55,974 nt of DNA, filler included, from Jimgerdemannia flammicorona (GCA_003990765.1; 2 parts of 2 records of this genome joined end to end with filler, not necessarily neighbours in it), one strand, 5' to 3'. Positions 25,251 to 38,702 are shown, numbered from the whole stretch's first letter. Numbers and translations are program-made. Notes: generated by a model from the sequence alone, not told the origin.

Positions 25251-27949
25251 TGTAATGTGCTGGCTCAATGGAGGCAAATTACAAGGTTGGGGGTTGATGT
25301 AGTTTGACTTGAGCCCCCAGTTACTTTGTTAAAAGCAACAAAATGTTCTTGGTGTTTAGCAGTATAATAGTCAAGATCTGGATACTGTGTGAGTGGTTTC
25401 CTTTTTAGGATGGTTCTCTGGGTGTAGCGGTGATTTGTGTGTGAATGGACTTCCTTCTTGGGTCAACTGGGAATGGTACAATTTGTATAGCGTGACGATC
25501 TCCAAAGGTATGTGATTTCTGGGTGTGACAGTCTGGCAATCTAGCGGTTCTCCTTATGCGATTTCTGCATGATGATCTCTATGTAGCATGGCAGTTTCCT
25601 TATGCGGGACGTTCTGATAATTTGGCGGATAACTCGATTTGGCTCACTGGGAATCATATAGTGTGGATTCTTCCTAGGCACACTGGGAATGATGAATGAC
25701 TCGGATGTCGCGGTTTCGGCTTCAACTGGGAATACTACTCAGATGGCGTGGGTTTTCTGGGAATGCAGATAACTCAAAAATGGCGGATGGCGCAGATTCT
25801 CCTGAATCAGCGGGCTTCTGGAAAATAACTTGGATGGCTCTTCTGGGAATATAATGGCGTGGATTCTTCCTGAATCGGCAGCTCTAACTAGGAATACAGC
25901 GGATAAAACTGGTGGCATTCTTTGGGAAAGGATCTCTTGGCAAAGTTACATCAAAGACTGGCTTCGTTTGCATGACGAATCACTGTGAAGTTGCATCAGA
26001 GACTGGCTTGAGCAAGGCGGCTTTCTAATACAGTAGAAAAGGTGGAAATCTTCAGGCTTATCTGGCAAGCGAACCAATAACAATAATTCCAAAGGCGGCG
26101 AAGTTCTTCCTTGAGCTTAGGTGGCAAACTCGAATTCTTCAGGCTTATCTGGCAAGTGAACCAAAAACATATCAGACTCTTCTTTGTATCAGAAAGTGAA
26201 CTGGAGTGGAAAGGGGACCAATGCTCAATCTTTAGAGACTTCTTTGGTGTTTGTATTTCAGACTGAGGTTTTTATTCACTCTCGCCTCTGGGGTAATTTA
26301 TACAAGTTGGTTGCTATCTGGTTACTATGTGGCTAACTATAGATCTGCTACTTATGGCAGGTGTACAGAGTCTGTACAGTGTACAGAGTCTGTACAGGTA
26401 AACAGACCCTTTCTGGTATGTCTGGCTATTTATACAGTTTCAGCAAGGGTTGCTGGTTACTAAGCTGAGTGTTCACGTCATCTTGTTTGCATCATCTGGT
26501 TAAGATATGATTCGGGTGGTACATCTTGGCTTGTCACATCAGCCCCTACTGAAGAGTAGTCTGTCTCAGACTATTCTTCAGTCATCATCCCAATAAGCAT
26601 AGGCTGCTTCTGCATCTATACCTGTTCCATCATCTTCATTATCTGTACTGGGGTTACTCCATTCTAGGAGTTCTTCTTCTTCTTCAGGGAATAGGATTTT
26701 GACAGAGTTGATGATGCTCAGATAGGTGACGGAGTTCATTCCTTGAATATCATTCAGGGAGAATTGTGTCTGTGTCAGGGCTGTGACATTTCGTTTATAA
26801 ATGGTGTATAGTCTGTCTGCGGCAGTAGTGTCTCTTCTGGTCAGACCCATAGTGTTTCTGATGTAGGTCTGTTCTGGGGCTGGAAGGTTCTGCAATTGTT
26901 CACTGATTGCATAATAGGCCTGCAGTTGGTGGACTTGTAGTAGGTGTCAGGCCAAGGTAAGATTTTCTTGATGAGCTTGGATCCTTTGGAGGGGGCTTCC
27001 ATTGGCTTGGCCGAATTGGGGTAGAGGAACAGGTAAGGCTTGGAAAGAGCTGAGGACCAATGTCTGGAGGTGCTGATCAATCCTTTGGCTCATAGTGTGG
27101 AGGGGAAATATAGTTTGAGGCGATTGATGTGTACTGGTGTTCTCAGGGTTTGTTCATCCATGCTTCTTAAATAGATGCTGGTTCCTCTGATGTTGTGTAC
27201 AAGGTAAGGTCCTTCCCATTTCGGTTCCAGTTTGGCGGCGAAGTTTGTCTCAATCATGCTTCTCCAGACTAGGACTTGATCTCCAATCTTGATCTCCTGA
27301 TCTTTCTGTTTTTGGTTATAGTACTTCTTTTGTCTTTCCTGGGCTTTGATAATCTGTCCTTGGGCTTGATTTCATAACTGTTCTGCCTTCTTGAGGAGGT
27401 CTCCGAGATTCTCATGGTCAGCAGTTCTGGTTTCCTTGGCAAACATCATTTCGAATAGCTTTTGTTTAGTGGATGTAGCAGGGGTATTTCGAATTTCCCA
27501 TAGGATCTCAGGTAAGCAGAGGTCCCAATTAGTAGGGTTAACTCAGGCAAGTCCTTTCTTGATGGTCTGGTTCATTCTTTCTGTCATACCATTGGTCTGG
27601 GGGTGGTATGATGTGGTCCTTTTGAGGTGGATCTTGTGAATTCAGGCATAACTTGTGATTATATTGTTGATAAATTCTGTGCCTCGGTCAGAGATAAGTT
27701 CTTCTGGAGGTCCATATCTGAGTGTGAGTCCATGGAGGAGGCCTACAATGGTTAAGGCATCTGCGATTTCCATTGGGAAAGCCTCAGGCCACTTGGTCAG
27801 ATGTTCTACAAATACAAGGATATATTTGTTTCTTCTTGGTGTAACTGGTAGAGGTCCAATTACATCTACTCCCCATCTTTGAAAGATGTGAGTGGGTGGG
27901 GGAATCGGTTGCAGAGGGGCTTGATAGTTCTTCTTTCCTTGGTACTTCT
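25251..27949 (-). mobile_element. Gypsy copy 3, 3' portion (integrase, ORF3, PPT, 3' LTR 25251-26538), cut by the assembly gap
   Basis: VDVIGPLPVTPRRNKYILVFVEHLTKWPEA, ISDRGTEF, YHPQTNGMTER, PKWEGPYLV; LTR TGTGAC...ATTACA. Confidence 0.93.
26578..27093 (-). CDS. ORF3: accessory ~171-aa protein of unknown function downstream of integrase (one in-frame TGA)
   Basis: ATG overlaps the pol stop (ctATGA). MSQRIDQHLQTLVLSSFQ...AADRLYTIY...LFPEEEEELLEW...DAEAAYAYWDDD*. The TGA at 26947-26949 is AGA (Arg) in other copies. Confidence 0.8.
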
Positions 27950-28049
27950 NNNNNNNNNNNNNNNNNNNNNNNNNNNNNNNNNNNNNNNNNNNNTTAATTA
28001 ATTAANNNNNNNNNNNNNNNNNNNNNNNNNNNNNNNNNNNNNNNNNNNN
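27950..28049. other. Assembly gap with artificial six-frame stop linker
   Basis: 44 N + TTAATTAATTAA (27994-28005) + 44 N. Confidence 0.97.
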
Positions 28050-29722
28050 TTTTTTAGTCACTCAGACCTCTCTTTTTATTAATACTATCTATTATCTAAA
28101 TAATACACAATGCCCAACCCTATCCAATCCCCCTAGGAGGGCCCCTCCCTTCTACCTCCACTCAATGAAAGACCACTTTATCTAACACTATCTCTACCCA
28201 TCTACCACTCTGTTCACAGATTCTCTCTACCAGATGATAATATTTACCACCCTAGGGACCCTTGCCCTCTCCTCTCACATCATCCTCACTCTTCTCTTTT
28301 CTAAAACTGATCCTTTCTATTGTGGCATCTCAATCTACATCCTGTGGGCACCTCTTGGTATTCCCTGTACCATCACTCTGCTCTACTGGCTATTCCTTTC
28401 CTCTCCAGCACCCAATACTGCCCCACTCTTTTCTCTGTCTGATCAGCAGATGTTCTCCCAGCATTGGCTAGTAGACCACTTGTGATCCTTGTTACCTCAT
28501 ATTGCTTAATCCTCACCTTTATGCTGGATATAGCTTTCAGATAGGCACTGTATCTGATACTACAGTGGTAGGTCTGGCCAACTATGAAATTCAAATCTTG
28601 GGCCATTGATCAAGTGATGTATTCTGCTCTTACATTTATATATCTATTTTATGCATTCTTTCTCTTTGTTCTGTCACTGTCCCCAATGTCTGTCTTCATT
28701 ACTAATTTACCCTGACTACTTATTAACCCTATGACTGCTTGTCATCCTACCCTGCTATGCTACCCATATTCATTTCTAATGATTACTCATCGACCTCTCC
28801 ATCCCACTCAACCTCCTGACCACTTGTCAACCCCATGACCACTCATCATCCTACCCCACTGTGCTACCTGCACCCATTCCTATCAACCACTCATTGTTCT
28901 ACCCTACTGTACTGTCCATGTCCATTTCTATTAACCACTTATTGACCTCTCCACCCCACCTGACCTCCTGACTGCTCATTGACCCCATGACCACTTATCA
29001 TCCTACCCTACTACACTGCTCATATCTGTTTCTAATAACCATCTGTTGCTCTACCATTTCTCCTTCTCTCTTGAGTTCCTCATATTTCCTCTGCTCTCTC
29101 TTATCTCTCTCATAGCATTCTGCATCTTCCTTCATTTGGGACATTTATTTGGGCTAGACTTTATAGCCCTTTCTCTTTTTCATACTCCTTTCCTTTTTCA
29201 GACTTCCCAAATAAGACATATACATATATATACATATATATATTTCAGGTTTAAACATTGATCATATAGAAATATTGAATAGATAATATCAATTGAGATT
29301 ATAAGTCAATGGATATGCATCAATTAGTTACTTGCAGTCACAGATTAGGAGTGGGCAGAGAGGTCTTACATTGTATATATACACTGGTTCTAGATATTTA
29401 GCACCAAAGACATTTTGTGCCTTTATGCAATTCATATATGCTAGCTAGTACCTAAGATAGATATATACTGCTTACACATTAGATACTCAGTGGAATAACT
29501 CAATTATCTACTTTACCACTTGTTCACTCTACTGCTCATCTTCTTTTTTTTCTATCAACCATCTCTCTCTTTGGTTTTTCTTTTTGGGCTGGGCTGGACT
29601 TTATAGCCCTTTTTCTTTTTCATACCCCTTTTCTTTTTCAGACTTCCCAAATAAGACATATGTATATATATATATACATATATATATTTCGGGTTTAAAC
29701 ATTGATCATATAGAAATATTGA
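28050..29722 (-). mobile_element. Putative non-autonomous LINE-tailed retroelement, no RT seen
   Basis: T-run plus tagtcactcagac LINE terminus; 3' part homologous to 55587-55974; internal tandem repeats 28725-29040; ~130-bp duplication 29151-29278 / 29591-29722. Confidence 0.55.
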
Positions 29723-30329
29723 GCTTAGTATACTAGATATAGTATGTAGCTAATTTATGATTTCAGTGGTGCAATTCTATTACTTATCATATCAGCCCCC
29801 ACTAAAGAATGGTCTGCCCTCAGACAATCCTTTAGTCATTATTCCAATATGTATAAGCATATTCAGTATCAATATCTGAACCAGTATCTTTATTTGGATT
29901 AGAGTTACTCCATTCAACAGGTTCTTCTTCTTTCTTTGAGAACAGGATTTCAATATAGCTGATAATACTCTAGTAGGTGGCAAGGTTTATGTTTTGAATG
30001 TCATTCAGCAGAAATTGTATTTGTGTCAATACTGGGATATTTCATTTGTAGATTATATATAATCTGTCTACAGTAGTGATATTTTTCTGGATAAGGCCAG
30101 TGGAGTTTCTGATGTAGGTCAGGTCTGCTGCTAGGAGGTTCTTCAATTGTATAGTAGGCCTACAGCTGGTGAACTTATAGTAAACATCTGGCCAAGATAA
30201 GATTCTCTTGATGGGTCTGGATTCACTGAAGGGGGTTTCTGTTAGCTTGTTGGAATTGTGAAAGAGAAACCAGGAGTGATTGGAATGAACTCAGAATAAG
30301 AGTCTGGAGGGGCTGGTCAATTGTCTGGT

Positions 30330-33300
30330 TCATAATGAAAGAGGTATATCTTGAGGCAGTTGATGTATACTGATATCCTAAGGGTTTGTCTATCTATGCT
30401 TCTTAAATAGATGCTGGTTCCTCTAATGTTGTATACAAGATAAGATCCTTCCCATTTGGGCTCCAGTTTGGCAGCAAAATTTGTTTCAATCATGCTTCTC
30501 CAAACTAGTACTTGATCTCCAATCTTGATCTTCTGATCCTTCTGTTTCTAGTTATAGTACTTCTTTTGTCTTTTTTGGGCTTTGATAATCTGAGCTTAGA
30601 CTTAATTATGTAACTGTTCTGCCTTCTTGAGGAGGTCTCTGAGATTCTTATAGTCAGTAGTTCTGGTTTTTTTTTAGCAAACATCATTTCAAATAGCTTT
30701 TGTTTGGTGGAGGCAGTAGGGGTATTCTGAATCTCCTATAGGATCTCAGGTAAGCAAAGATTCCAATTGGTAGAATTGACTTGACAAGCCCTTTCTTGAT
30801 GGTCTGGTTCATTCTTTCTGTCATACCATTGGTCTGAGGGTGATATGATGTGGTCCATTTGAGGTAGATCTTGTGAATTTATACATAACTTGTGATTATA
30901 TTATTGATAAATTCTGTGCCTCAGTCAGAGATAAATTCTTCTGGAGATCTATATCTGAGTGTGAGTCCATGGAGGAGGCCTACAATGGTTAAGGCATCTG
31001 TAATTTCCATTGGGAAAGCCTTAGACCACTTGATCAGATATTCTACAAATATAAGAATATACATATTTCTTTTTGGTATAACTGGTAGGAGTCCAATTAC
31101 ATCTACTCTCTATCTCTGAAAGATGTTGTCTGGTAGTGTAATTGGTTGTAGTGATGCTTGGTAATTCTTCTTTCTTTAGTACTTTTGGCAGATATTACAT
31201 TTCTTGAGTATGTCCTAGACTTGTATTCTGAGATTAGGCCAATATTGGTATATTGTTCACAACTTTTCTTCTATATTTGCTTGTCCTTGGTAGGCTTTCT
31301 GGTATTCCTTTCAAATGAGATCTTCTTATACCTTGATGGTCTGAGGAGCTTCCTTTAAGATATAGTTCCTCAGAATACCCTTCTTCTAGTTTATTGGGGC
31401 TGGCAGGAAAGTATATCAATATTGTTGTGAGCTTTCCCTGCTTTGTAGATAATGGTAATTTTGTAATCCTGAAGGATGAGGATCCAGTTGACTAGGATTC
31501 TGGTGGGTTTATTACAGTTGAATAGCCATTTAAGAGCTGCATGATCTGTGATTAGGGTGAATCTTTTTCTGATAAGGTAATGCTTAAACAGGGTACCACT
31601 TATATGACTGCAAGATATTCCAGTTTGGTGCTACCATAGTTCATCTGCTGCTGATTGATAGCTCTGCTTGCATAAGCTATCACATAGTATTGTTGATCAG
31701 GTTCTTCTTAGACTAGAACTGCTCCTAGGCTATCTTTAGAAGCATCTGTATACAAGATGAATGGCTTCTATAGATTTGGGCATATAAGGATTGGTGCTGT
31801 AGTCATACAGTTCTTGAGTTCTTTGAAGACTTCCTCTTGTAATTCTGTCCATTTGAATGGTACTTCTTTCTTGAGAAGAATTCAGATTGGGGCAGCAATT
31901 TGAACAAAGTTCTTGATAAATCTTCTGTAGTAGGATACTAGCATTAGGAATAATAATATTTCCTTAAGGGTCTTGAGTACTGGCCAGTTGTTGATCTTCT
32001 CAGTTTTCTTTAGATCTGTATGGATTCCTTCTTTCAAAACTATGAATCCAAGGAATTCAAGGTTCTGTTTTCTGAAATAATATTTCTTGGCATTGAGTCT
32101 CAGGTGGTTCTTGCAAGTGAGCTTGAAGAATTCCTCTATATGATACAGATGTTCTTTGAAGTTGGCTGAATAGATGTTGGAATCATCCATATATACAATC
32201 AGGTAGTGGTGGATCAAGGGAGCATAGACTGAATTCATCATCCTCTAAAAGGTTGGGGGTATATTGCAAAGTCCAAAGAGTATTTGGTGATATTCAAATA
32301 GTTTTCCTAGAGCAAGGAAGGCTGTCTTTTGAATGTCTTTTGAGTCCATGGAGATCTCATGAAATCCTGTAAAAGGCCCATACTGCTGAAGTATCTGGTA
32401 TCTTATAACTGATCCAAAAGGTCATCAATTCTGAGCAGAGGATAGGTATCCTTTTTGATGACTGAATTGAGTTTTCTGTAATCTACACAGAGTCTCTATT
32501 CTCCTTTCTTTGGTATAATAAATATAGGGCTGGCCCAGGGGCTGGTAGAGGATTAGATGACTCCATTGTCTAAGAGTTCTTGAATGTACTCCTTTTCAAA
32601 TGTTTTTAAGTAATGGGGTATTTTATAGGGTTTCTGCCAAATGGGTGTTGCATTTTCTGTATTTATGCTATAGTGATATGATGGATTATATGGCAGGTTG
32701 CCATAATTAGTAGTAAAGATATCTTGATATTTGTTGAGGAGTTCTACTAGTTATTACTATTATTGGGGTATTAATTCTTTTCCAATGTTAGTGGAAGGCT
32801 TCACTGTCTCCTGGGTCGCTGAGGGGCCTTTCCTTTCTTCTGAGACCTTTTGCTATTTTCTGATAAGTTTAGTTTATAAACTTCTCTATAAGTTTGGCTA
32901 AGAAAAGGCACCAGATATCCTATGATGATTCTTTTTAGCAAGATAATAGTTTCCCAACTTTGGTTGGTTGCTTGAGAGTATACTGGGTTTATCTTGTCAG
33001 GGAATATGTATGTGTCCTTCTATGTCCAGGTGTGGGATATCTTCATTGGTTGAAGAAAAGGTTTCTGGGGTCAGATAGTGCAAAGATTTTGAAGGTGGTT
33101 TGTTCTCTAGACTCCAGGATGAGATTCTTGTACAGTTTGACTAGTTGGCAATATACTTGCTGAGGGACATTCCTCTTGAGGTAGTTGACTTAAAGGAGAT
33201 ATACTTTCTTTTTATCTGAACTTCCAAATCCTTTGGCTTGTCTTATTCCTTCAGTCAGTTCAGAGACTTCTTATAATTGTGGAGTCTTGATCTTCATGAA

Positions 33301-36300
33301 GACTGCTTGGACAATCTTCTATCCTCTAATAATTTGGTGCCATTCTGTACTACTGTTGTATAGAATAACCTTAATTTTATCTGGTTAATAGTTTCTCCTT
33401 CTACAGTTATTCCTTATCTGGTAAGTCCAGATCTTGAGGTCAGTTGGATGTAAGCTTCTTGGGGTGACTATATATGGCTAGTCTGGTTCTGATCATGAAT
33501 ATTTTTCCAGGCTTAATAGATTCATCCTCCAGACTGTGAAGATCATATCCTATATTCTCTGGGTGGGCTTTGGTCAGGGGTTTGGCCTTAGGATGCAGCA
33601 GGGTATACTGGGCAATATCCTTGCTAAGTTCAGGCTGTCCTAGGGCTGAAGCTCTACTAGCAGAGAGCCTTCAGGCTCTGAGATTGAGGTGTGGCCATCT
33701 GGCTCCAGTGGAGGGGTCTTGGAGATAGTTGATTCCTCTTCTTCCTATTGGGTCTAGGGCTTCTATGAAGTTGGTGGCATCTTCTACCCATCTCTGGTGG
33801 GTTGTATGTCTGATAAGAGCTAGAATGTCTTCTCTTAAATTGTAGATCTTGAGGGTCCTTCTTCCTAGCTTCTTGGTCTGGCTTTTTTGGATCTGGCTTC
33901 TATTGTCTCCTCTCTTCAAGGTATGGATCACAATATCATAACTGAGGTGAATCTTCTAATGTCTGCAGTCTCAGCAGTCTGGATGTCTTCTATGGTTGCA
34001 AAATCTCATTGCTTAAAAATGCTGTTTCTGGTTATTGATCTCTTATTGTCTTGGGAATTAGTATCCATCTTGATCATAAGTTGGGAAAAGAGTGGACAAG
34101 GAGTATACTTCTGTTTGGATGAAGAGACCTTGTCCTCTGAATTGGCTTTGTGACTTGGTGATAACTTCTTGGAAGATAGTTGACTGTATAACTGTATTCA
34201 GGGGTTCTGACCTTTGGGGTCTCTGTCTCTCCTATTGGTCTAATAGATGGCACTGGTAACAGTAGTCTCAGAGAGAGTGGAAGACCATTTGGTATGGACA
34301 TCTTACTAGCTGAAAAGCCCTTTCTTGGTGAGTTTCTTTCTTGGGAATAATGGGGATTATGCTGAGTCCTTCTTCTATATTCCAAGGGTCATTATCTTCA
34401 GGTGGTGTCCAGTGAGGGTCATCCTAGGGAATGAGTTCAGGGATCTCTTCTTTCTCAGGTACTTCTCATTCAGGAACTTCTTGGTCAGGAATTTCTTGGT
34501 CAGAAACTTCTTGGTCAAGAACTTCTTGATCAGGAACTTCTTCTTTCTCAGATAATTCTTATCTCCAAATTGCTTGTACTTCTGCAGCTTCAGCTGCAGG
34601 TGTCTCTGGAACATGTCTGCATTTCGTCTTCTTCTTTCTGCACTCTGGGCAGGCTGTGCTAGGCGAATTCCTTATTTCAATAATCTTGGAGTAGTGCTTG
34701 GAGCACTTGTATCTCTTGAGACAGATAGGGCACCCTTTGATTTCTCCTACAATGGCTTCAATAGTAATGGGGACAGTGTTCTTGGCCCATACATTGTCTT
34801 CTGGTCTGTCATCCACTAGATTGATCCTGAGATTGAGTCTGGGATCATTTCTATCTTCAGATTCTTCTTTCTCTTCTATAGTAGATTCTTCATTGCTGGC
34901 ATATTTCTCCTAGATAGTAACCTTCTTTTTCTTCTTTAATTATTCATAGCTAGTTACCTTAACTCTGTACTTCTTGTCTCAGTAGTCAAACTTGAGTACT
35001 TGTTGACCAATATCAACAACTGCATTCATTTCTTTCATCCAGTTAGTACTAAGAATCATATCATAGATGATAGCTTTAGTGATAACAGCTTTTGGGATAG
35101 AGAACTGAATGTGTCTCAGAGAGATAGTAATGTTTCATACTTCTCCAAGGGGTTGAGTTTGGGCTCCATCTGCTACTATGATGCTGAGGTTAGATGGTCC
35201 ATCAATGGGCCATTGGAGAGTGTCCAGGAATCATTTGATAATAATATAGACAGCTGCTCCTATATCTATGAGGATTTTTGCCTTTTGTCCTCCAATATCT
35301 CTATGTAGATAGATGCTGATATGTCTTTCTGCAGCTTGGATAGAGATGGAAGCTAGCTCTTATTGTGGGATCAGAACTTGGCCAGTGCTGGACCTGGTGG
35401 TCCTTAATTATTTATTTTGAACTCCAGCTAATATCAGTTGTAGGAACTACAGAAGGGGGACCTCTATTTTGGCTTCTTAAATCTTCTACTAGGCTTCATT
35501 GTAGATGTCTCTAGGCATGGTCTTTGGGGTGTACTTCTTCTTGGGTTTTGGGGCAACAGGTTTCTGTTCTTCTTATTCCATCTCTTCATTTTCTGATGGC
35601 AACTCATTTATCTTGAGACAAAAGGTGAGGGAGTCCAGGGAGATATTTCTACTTGCTCCTCTTCATGCTCCTCATCTTCTTCCTGGATAATTCTTCTGCT
35701 GATATTCCTGGATGGCCTTCCTATGGGTCTCTTCCTCTTCTCTGCTGGGTAGACTATTTTTCAGATGGTAATCTTGATAGGGTACAAGTCTAGGTCACTG
35801 TAGTCTTCACTGTTGCTTGCTTCCTTGAAATCTTCAACAGGATGGGCTTCAGTCTTCTTGTACTGAGTGTCATTCCTTTGGTTTGGTGGTTCTGAGTTCC
35901 TTCAGTCACTCCTTTTGTTGTCACATTCAGTAGTATAGTATCCAAATTGTCTACATAGAAGCATTGGACTTGGGCTCTGTCTCGAACAGGGTATCTTCTT
36001 TTCTCTTGCTGGTAGCTTCTATTATCTCTTGGTAGATAACCTTGGTTCCTCTGAGGTGGATATCCTCTGTTGTCTTGGTGGCTCTGATTTTTGTATGTAG
36101 TGAGTTTTTCAATCTGCCCAACCAATTGGTCCAACTTGGAGCTGAGGTCTTGAATTTTACTTCTGTCTTTCTTTCCTTCTTTGGCTGGCCTTCTTTCTTC
36201 AGATCTTTCTTATCCTTGGAGGAGTCCTTGTAGAGCTTTGACCAGGATGTCTTCCATATTATCCTTCTTGCCATAGTCACTCCAGATAGTTCCTTGTCTG

Positions 36301-36824
36301 ACATCAAAGAATCCTTGAGCTATATCTACTTGCTCTTTAGACCTTCTGATGCCTAGGGTGTGAACATACTGGGCAATGTTCAGAGGAATTCCATTCATGA
36401 AGGTCATTAGACCTATGATATCCTGGTTGGTGGCATTGAACCCAGTGGCATATATTCTCTTCTAGATTCTTGTAAAGAAAGCTCTGGGTGATTCTCTAAG
36501 ATTTATCTTCATCTCTATGATAGATTCTTAAGTCTTGTGGCAGGTTTCATTTCCTGCATACTTTTCAATAAGTCAGTGGACCATAGCTACATATTCTAGC
36601 TCATAAGATACTGTTGCTTATATCTGTCTTACTAGTTCTGAATGTGAGTTATTTGCTGTTCAGTGGAAAATTCCCCTGACTGGTTCTCTGAGCTGAGTCT
36701 TATAGATAGTGATTTTTCTTTTATCTGAAAGATTCCTCAGGGCTGCAATTCCTTCAATTCCATCAAGGAATTCTCTGGGGTCTTCCTCTGGATAATCTGC
36801 AAAAGTTGGTAGTAAGGTGGCCAT
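30330..36824 (-). pseudogene. gag-pol: gag-pol pseudogene of copy 2
   Basis: [80 protein letters not shown]. Confidence 0.92.
33214..33600 (-). pseudogene. dut: dUTPase domain within pol, between protease and RT
   Basis: Trimeric dUTPase motifs in order: IGYDLHS (I), SRSGL (II), GITVEGETI...IKVILYN (III, partly deleted), G*KIVQAVF (IV), RQAKGFGSS (V). Small frameshifts. Confidence 0.88.
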
Positions 36825-38702
36825 TTTATTATCACTTTCTTCTAATTCTAGTTCTGGTCTAGGTTCTGATTCAGATTTACTTTCTGAACTGTCACTGGAG
36901 ATAAGAGTGCTTGGGTATCTTGAAGATAGAGTTCTGGATCTTGAATGAAGTAGAATGAGCCTAGATATTCTTGTAGAAGCTACTTCTAATTTATAAGAGC
37001 TGATGGTAAAGGTTCTATTAGTGAGATTGGTGGGACTGATATGGGGTGTCTGGCTGTAAGATCTCAGGCTTGTATAATGAGATCTTCTAGTTCTTATGCA
37101 AGTTCTTCAAAATCTCCAACAGGGTTATCTGTATTATCTGGTTGATCTAGTTGAAGATTTCGGGCTATACTGGCTTCTGGTTCTGGTTGGAATCCTTCTG
37201 ATGCTGGATAGTTGGCAAGTCTTGATGTGATTACTTCTCTTCCTGTCCAGATGCTGGTAATAACTGGTTCTCCTGTAGTGGCAGAGATTGATGTTGTATC
37301 AAATATATCCAGTTTAACTGTAAGTTCTTATAAGCTGAAAAGTCACATCAATTTTTGAAATCTTCCCAGTTGAGTCTCCAAATATAATATACCTGACTCA
37401 ATAGAGGCAAATTACAAGGTTGGGGATTAATGTAGTTTGGCTTGAGCCCTAGTTACTTTGTCAAAAATAACAAATTGTTCTAAGATTCCTGAGATCCTTA
37501 GTGTTTAGTAGTATAATAGTCAAGTTCTGGATACAATAGTCAATTTTGTTGGGTTTCCTTATTGGGATAGTTCTCTGGATGTAGCAGCAATTTGTAAATG
37601 GGTTTCCTTCTTAGGTCAACTGAGAATTGGTAGAATTTTATGTATAGTGCAAGTAGTTTTCTTCTTGAGTAATGATAATCTCTATGTAATAATCTTGTGT
37701 AGTATGAAGAGTTTCTTATGTGTGATGGTCTGACAATTTAGTGGTTTTCTTATGCAGTTTTGGCAGATGACTCAGTTTGGTATAGATTCTTCTGAATCAG
37801 TGATTTGGGAATAGAAGATGGTATGGATTCTTCTTACTGGGAATTGTACTGGTGGCAGATTCTCTGAATTGGGCTCACTGGGAATAAATGAATAACTTAG
37901 ATAACATAGATAACTCAGATAACTCAGATAACTCAAATGTCACAGATTCTTTCTGAATTGGCTCACTTGAAATAATAACTTGGGTTCTTGGCAAGTTACA
38001 TCAAGACTGGCTTCATTTACATAAATGAGTTCACTGTGAAGTTATATCAAAAGACTGACTTGTGGCAAGATTCCTTAAGGCTCTCTGGGAATGTAGGTTT
38101 CTCTTCAGGCTTATCTAGCAAGTGGACCAAAACATAGCAGCTTATTCCTTAAGCAGTAGATTACTCAAATAGTGGCGAAGTTCTTTCTCAATCTTGGGCA
38201 GCAAACTCAGGCTTATCTGGCAAGTGAATCAAGACTTTGTATTGGAAAGGAAACCAGAGTGGAAATGGAATGGCAAAGCTCACAATCTCCTAGCAGTGGC
38301 TGTAGAGTTTCTCTCAAAGTATGGTAGACAGACTTGTCTTTTGCTTTGGATTCAAATTTCAGACTCTTTTTTATATTGGAAAGCAAACTGGAGTTAAAAT
38401 ATATTCTGAATTTTAGACTGAGGTTTATTCACTCTTATCTCTGGAGTATTTTATACAGTTGTGGTTGCTACTGGTTACTATGTTACTAACTATAGATTAC
38501 TAACTATAGTAAGTGTTCCTTGAGGATACAGTATTCCTTGAGAGTATAGTGTATCTAGAGAGTATAGGTAAATATACTGTTTCTGGTATCTCTGGCTAAA
38601 TATATAGGTTGGTACAGAAAAGCAGTCTTGGTTGCTTAGTACACTAGATATAGTATGTGGCTAATTTATGATTTCAGTGGTGCAATTCTGTTACTTGTTA
38701 CA

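Larger units (their letters stand above)
29723..38702 (-). mobile_element. Gypsy copy 2, near full-length but decayed (5' LTR 37383-38702; 3' LTR truncated to 29723-29791)
   Basis: LTR, PBS (37363-37380), gag homologous to copy 1, PR, dUTPase, RT, RH, IN, ORF3 (29832-30333), PPT. Confidence 0.94.

Noticed and set aside
26841..27080. 79-aa ORF MISTSRHW from the ORF track
   Set aside because: Alternative frame of ORF3; codon-level conservation supports the MSQRIDQH frame.
26578..27093. ORF3 as an envelope glycoprotein
   Set aside because: Short, with no evident signal peptide, transmembrane helix or Cys pattern.
27994..28005. Palindromic TTAATTAATTAA
   Set aside because: Artificial linker centred in Ns; adjacency across the gap cannot be trusted.
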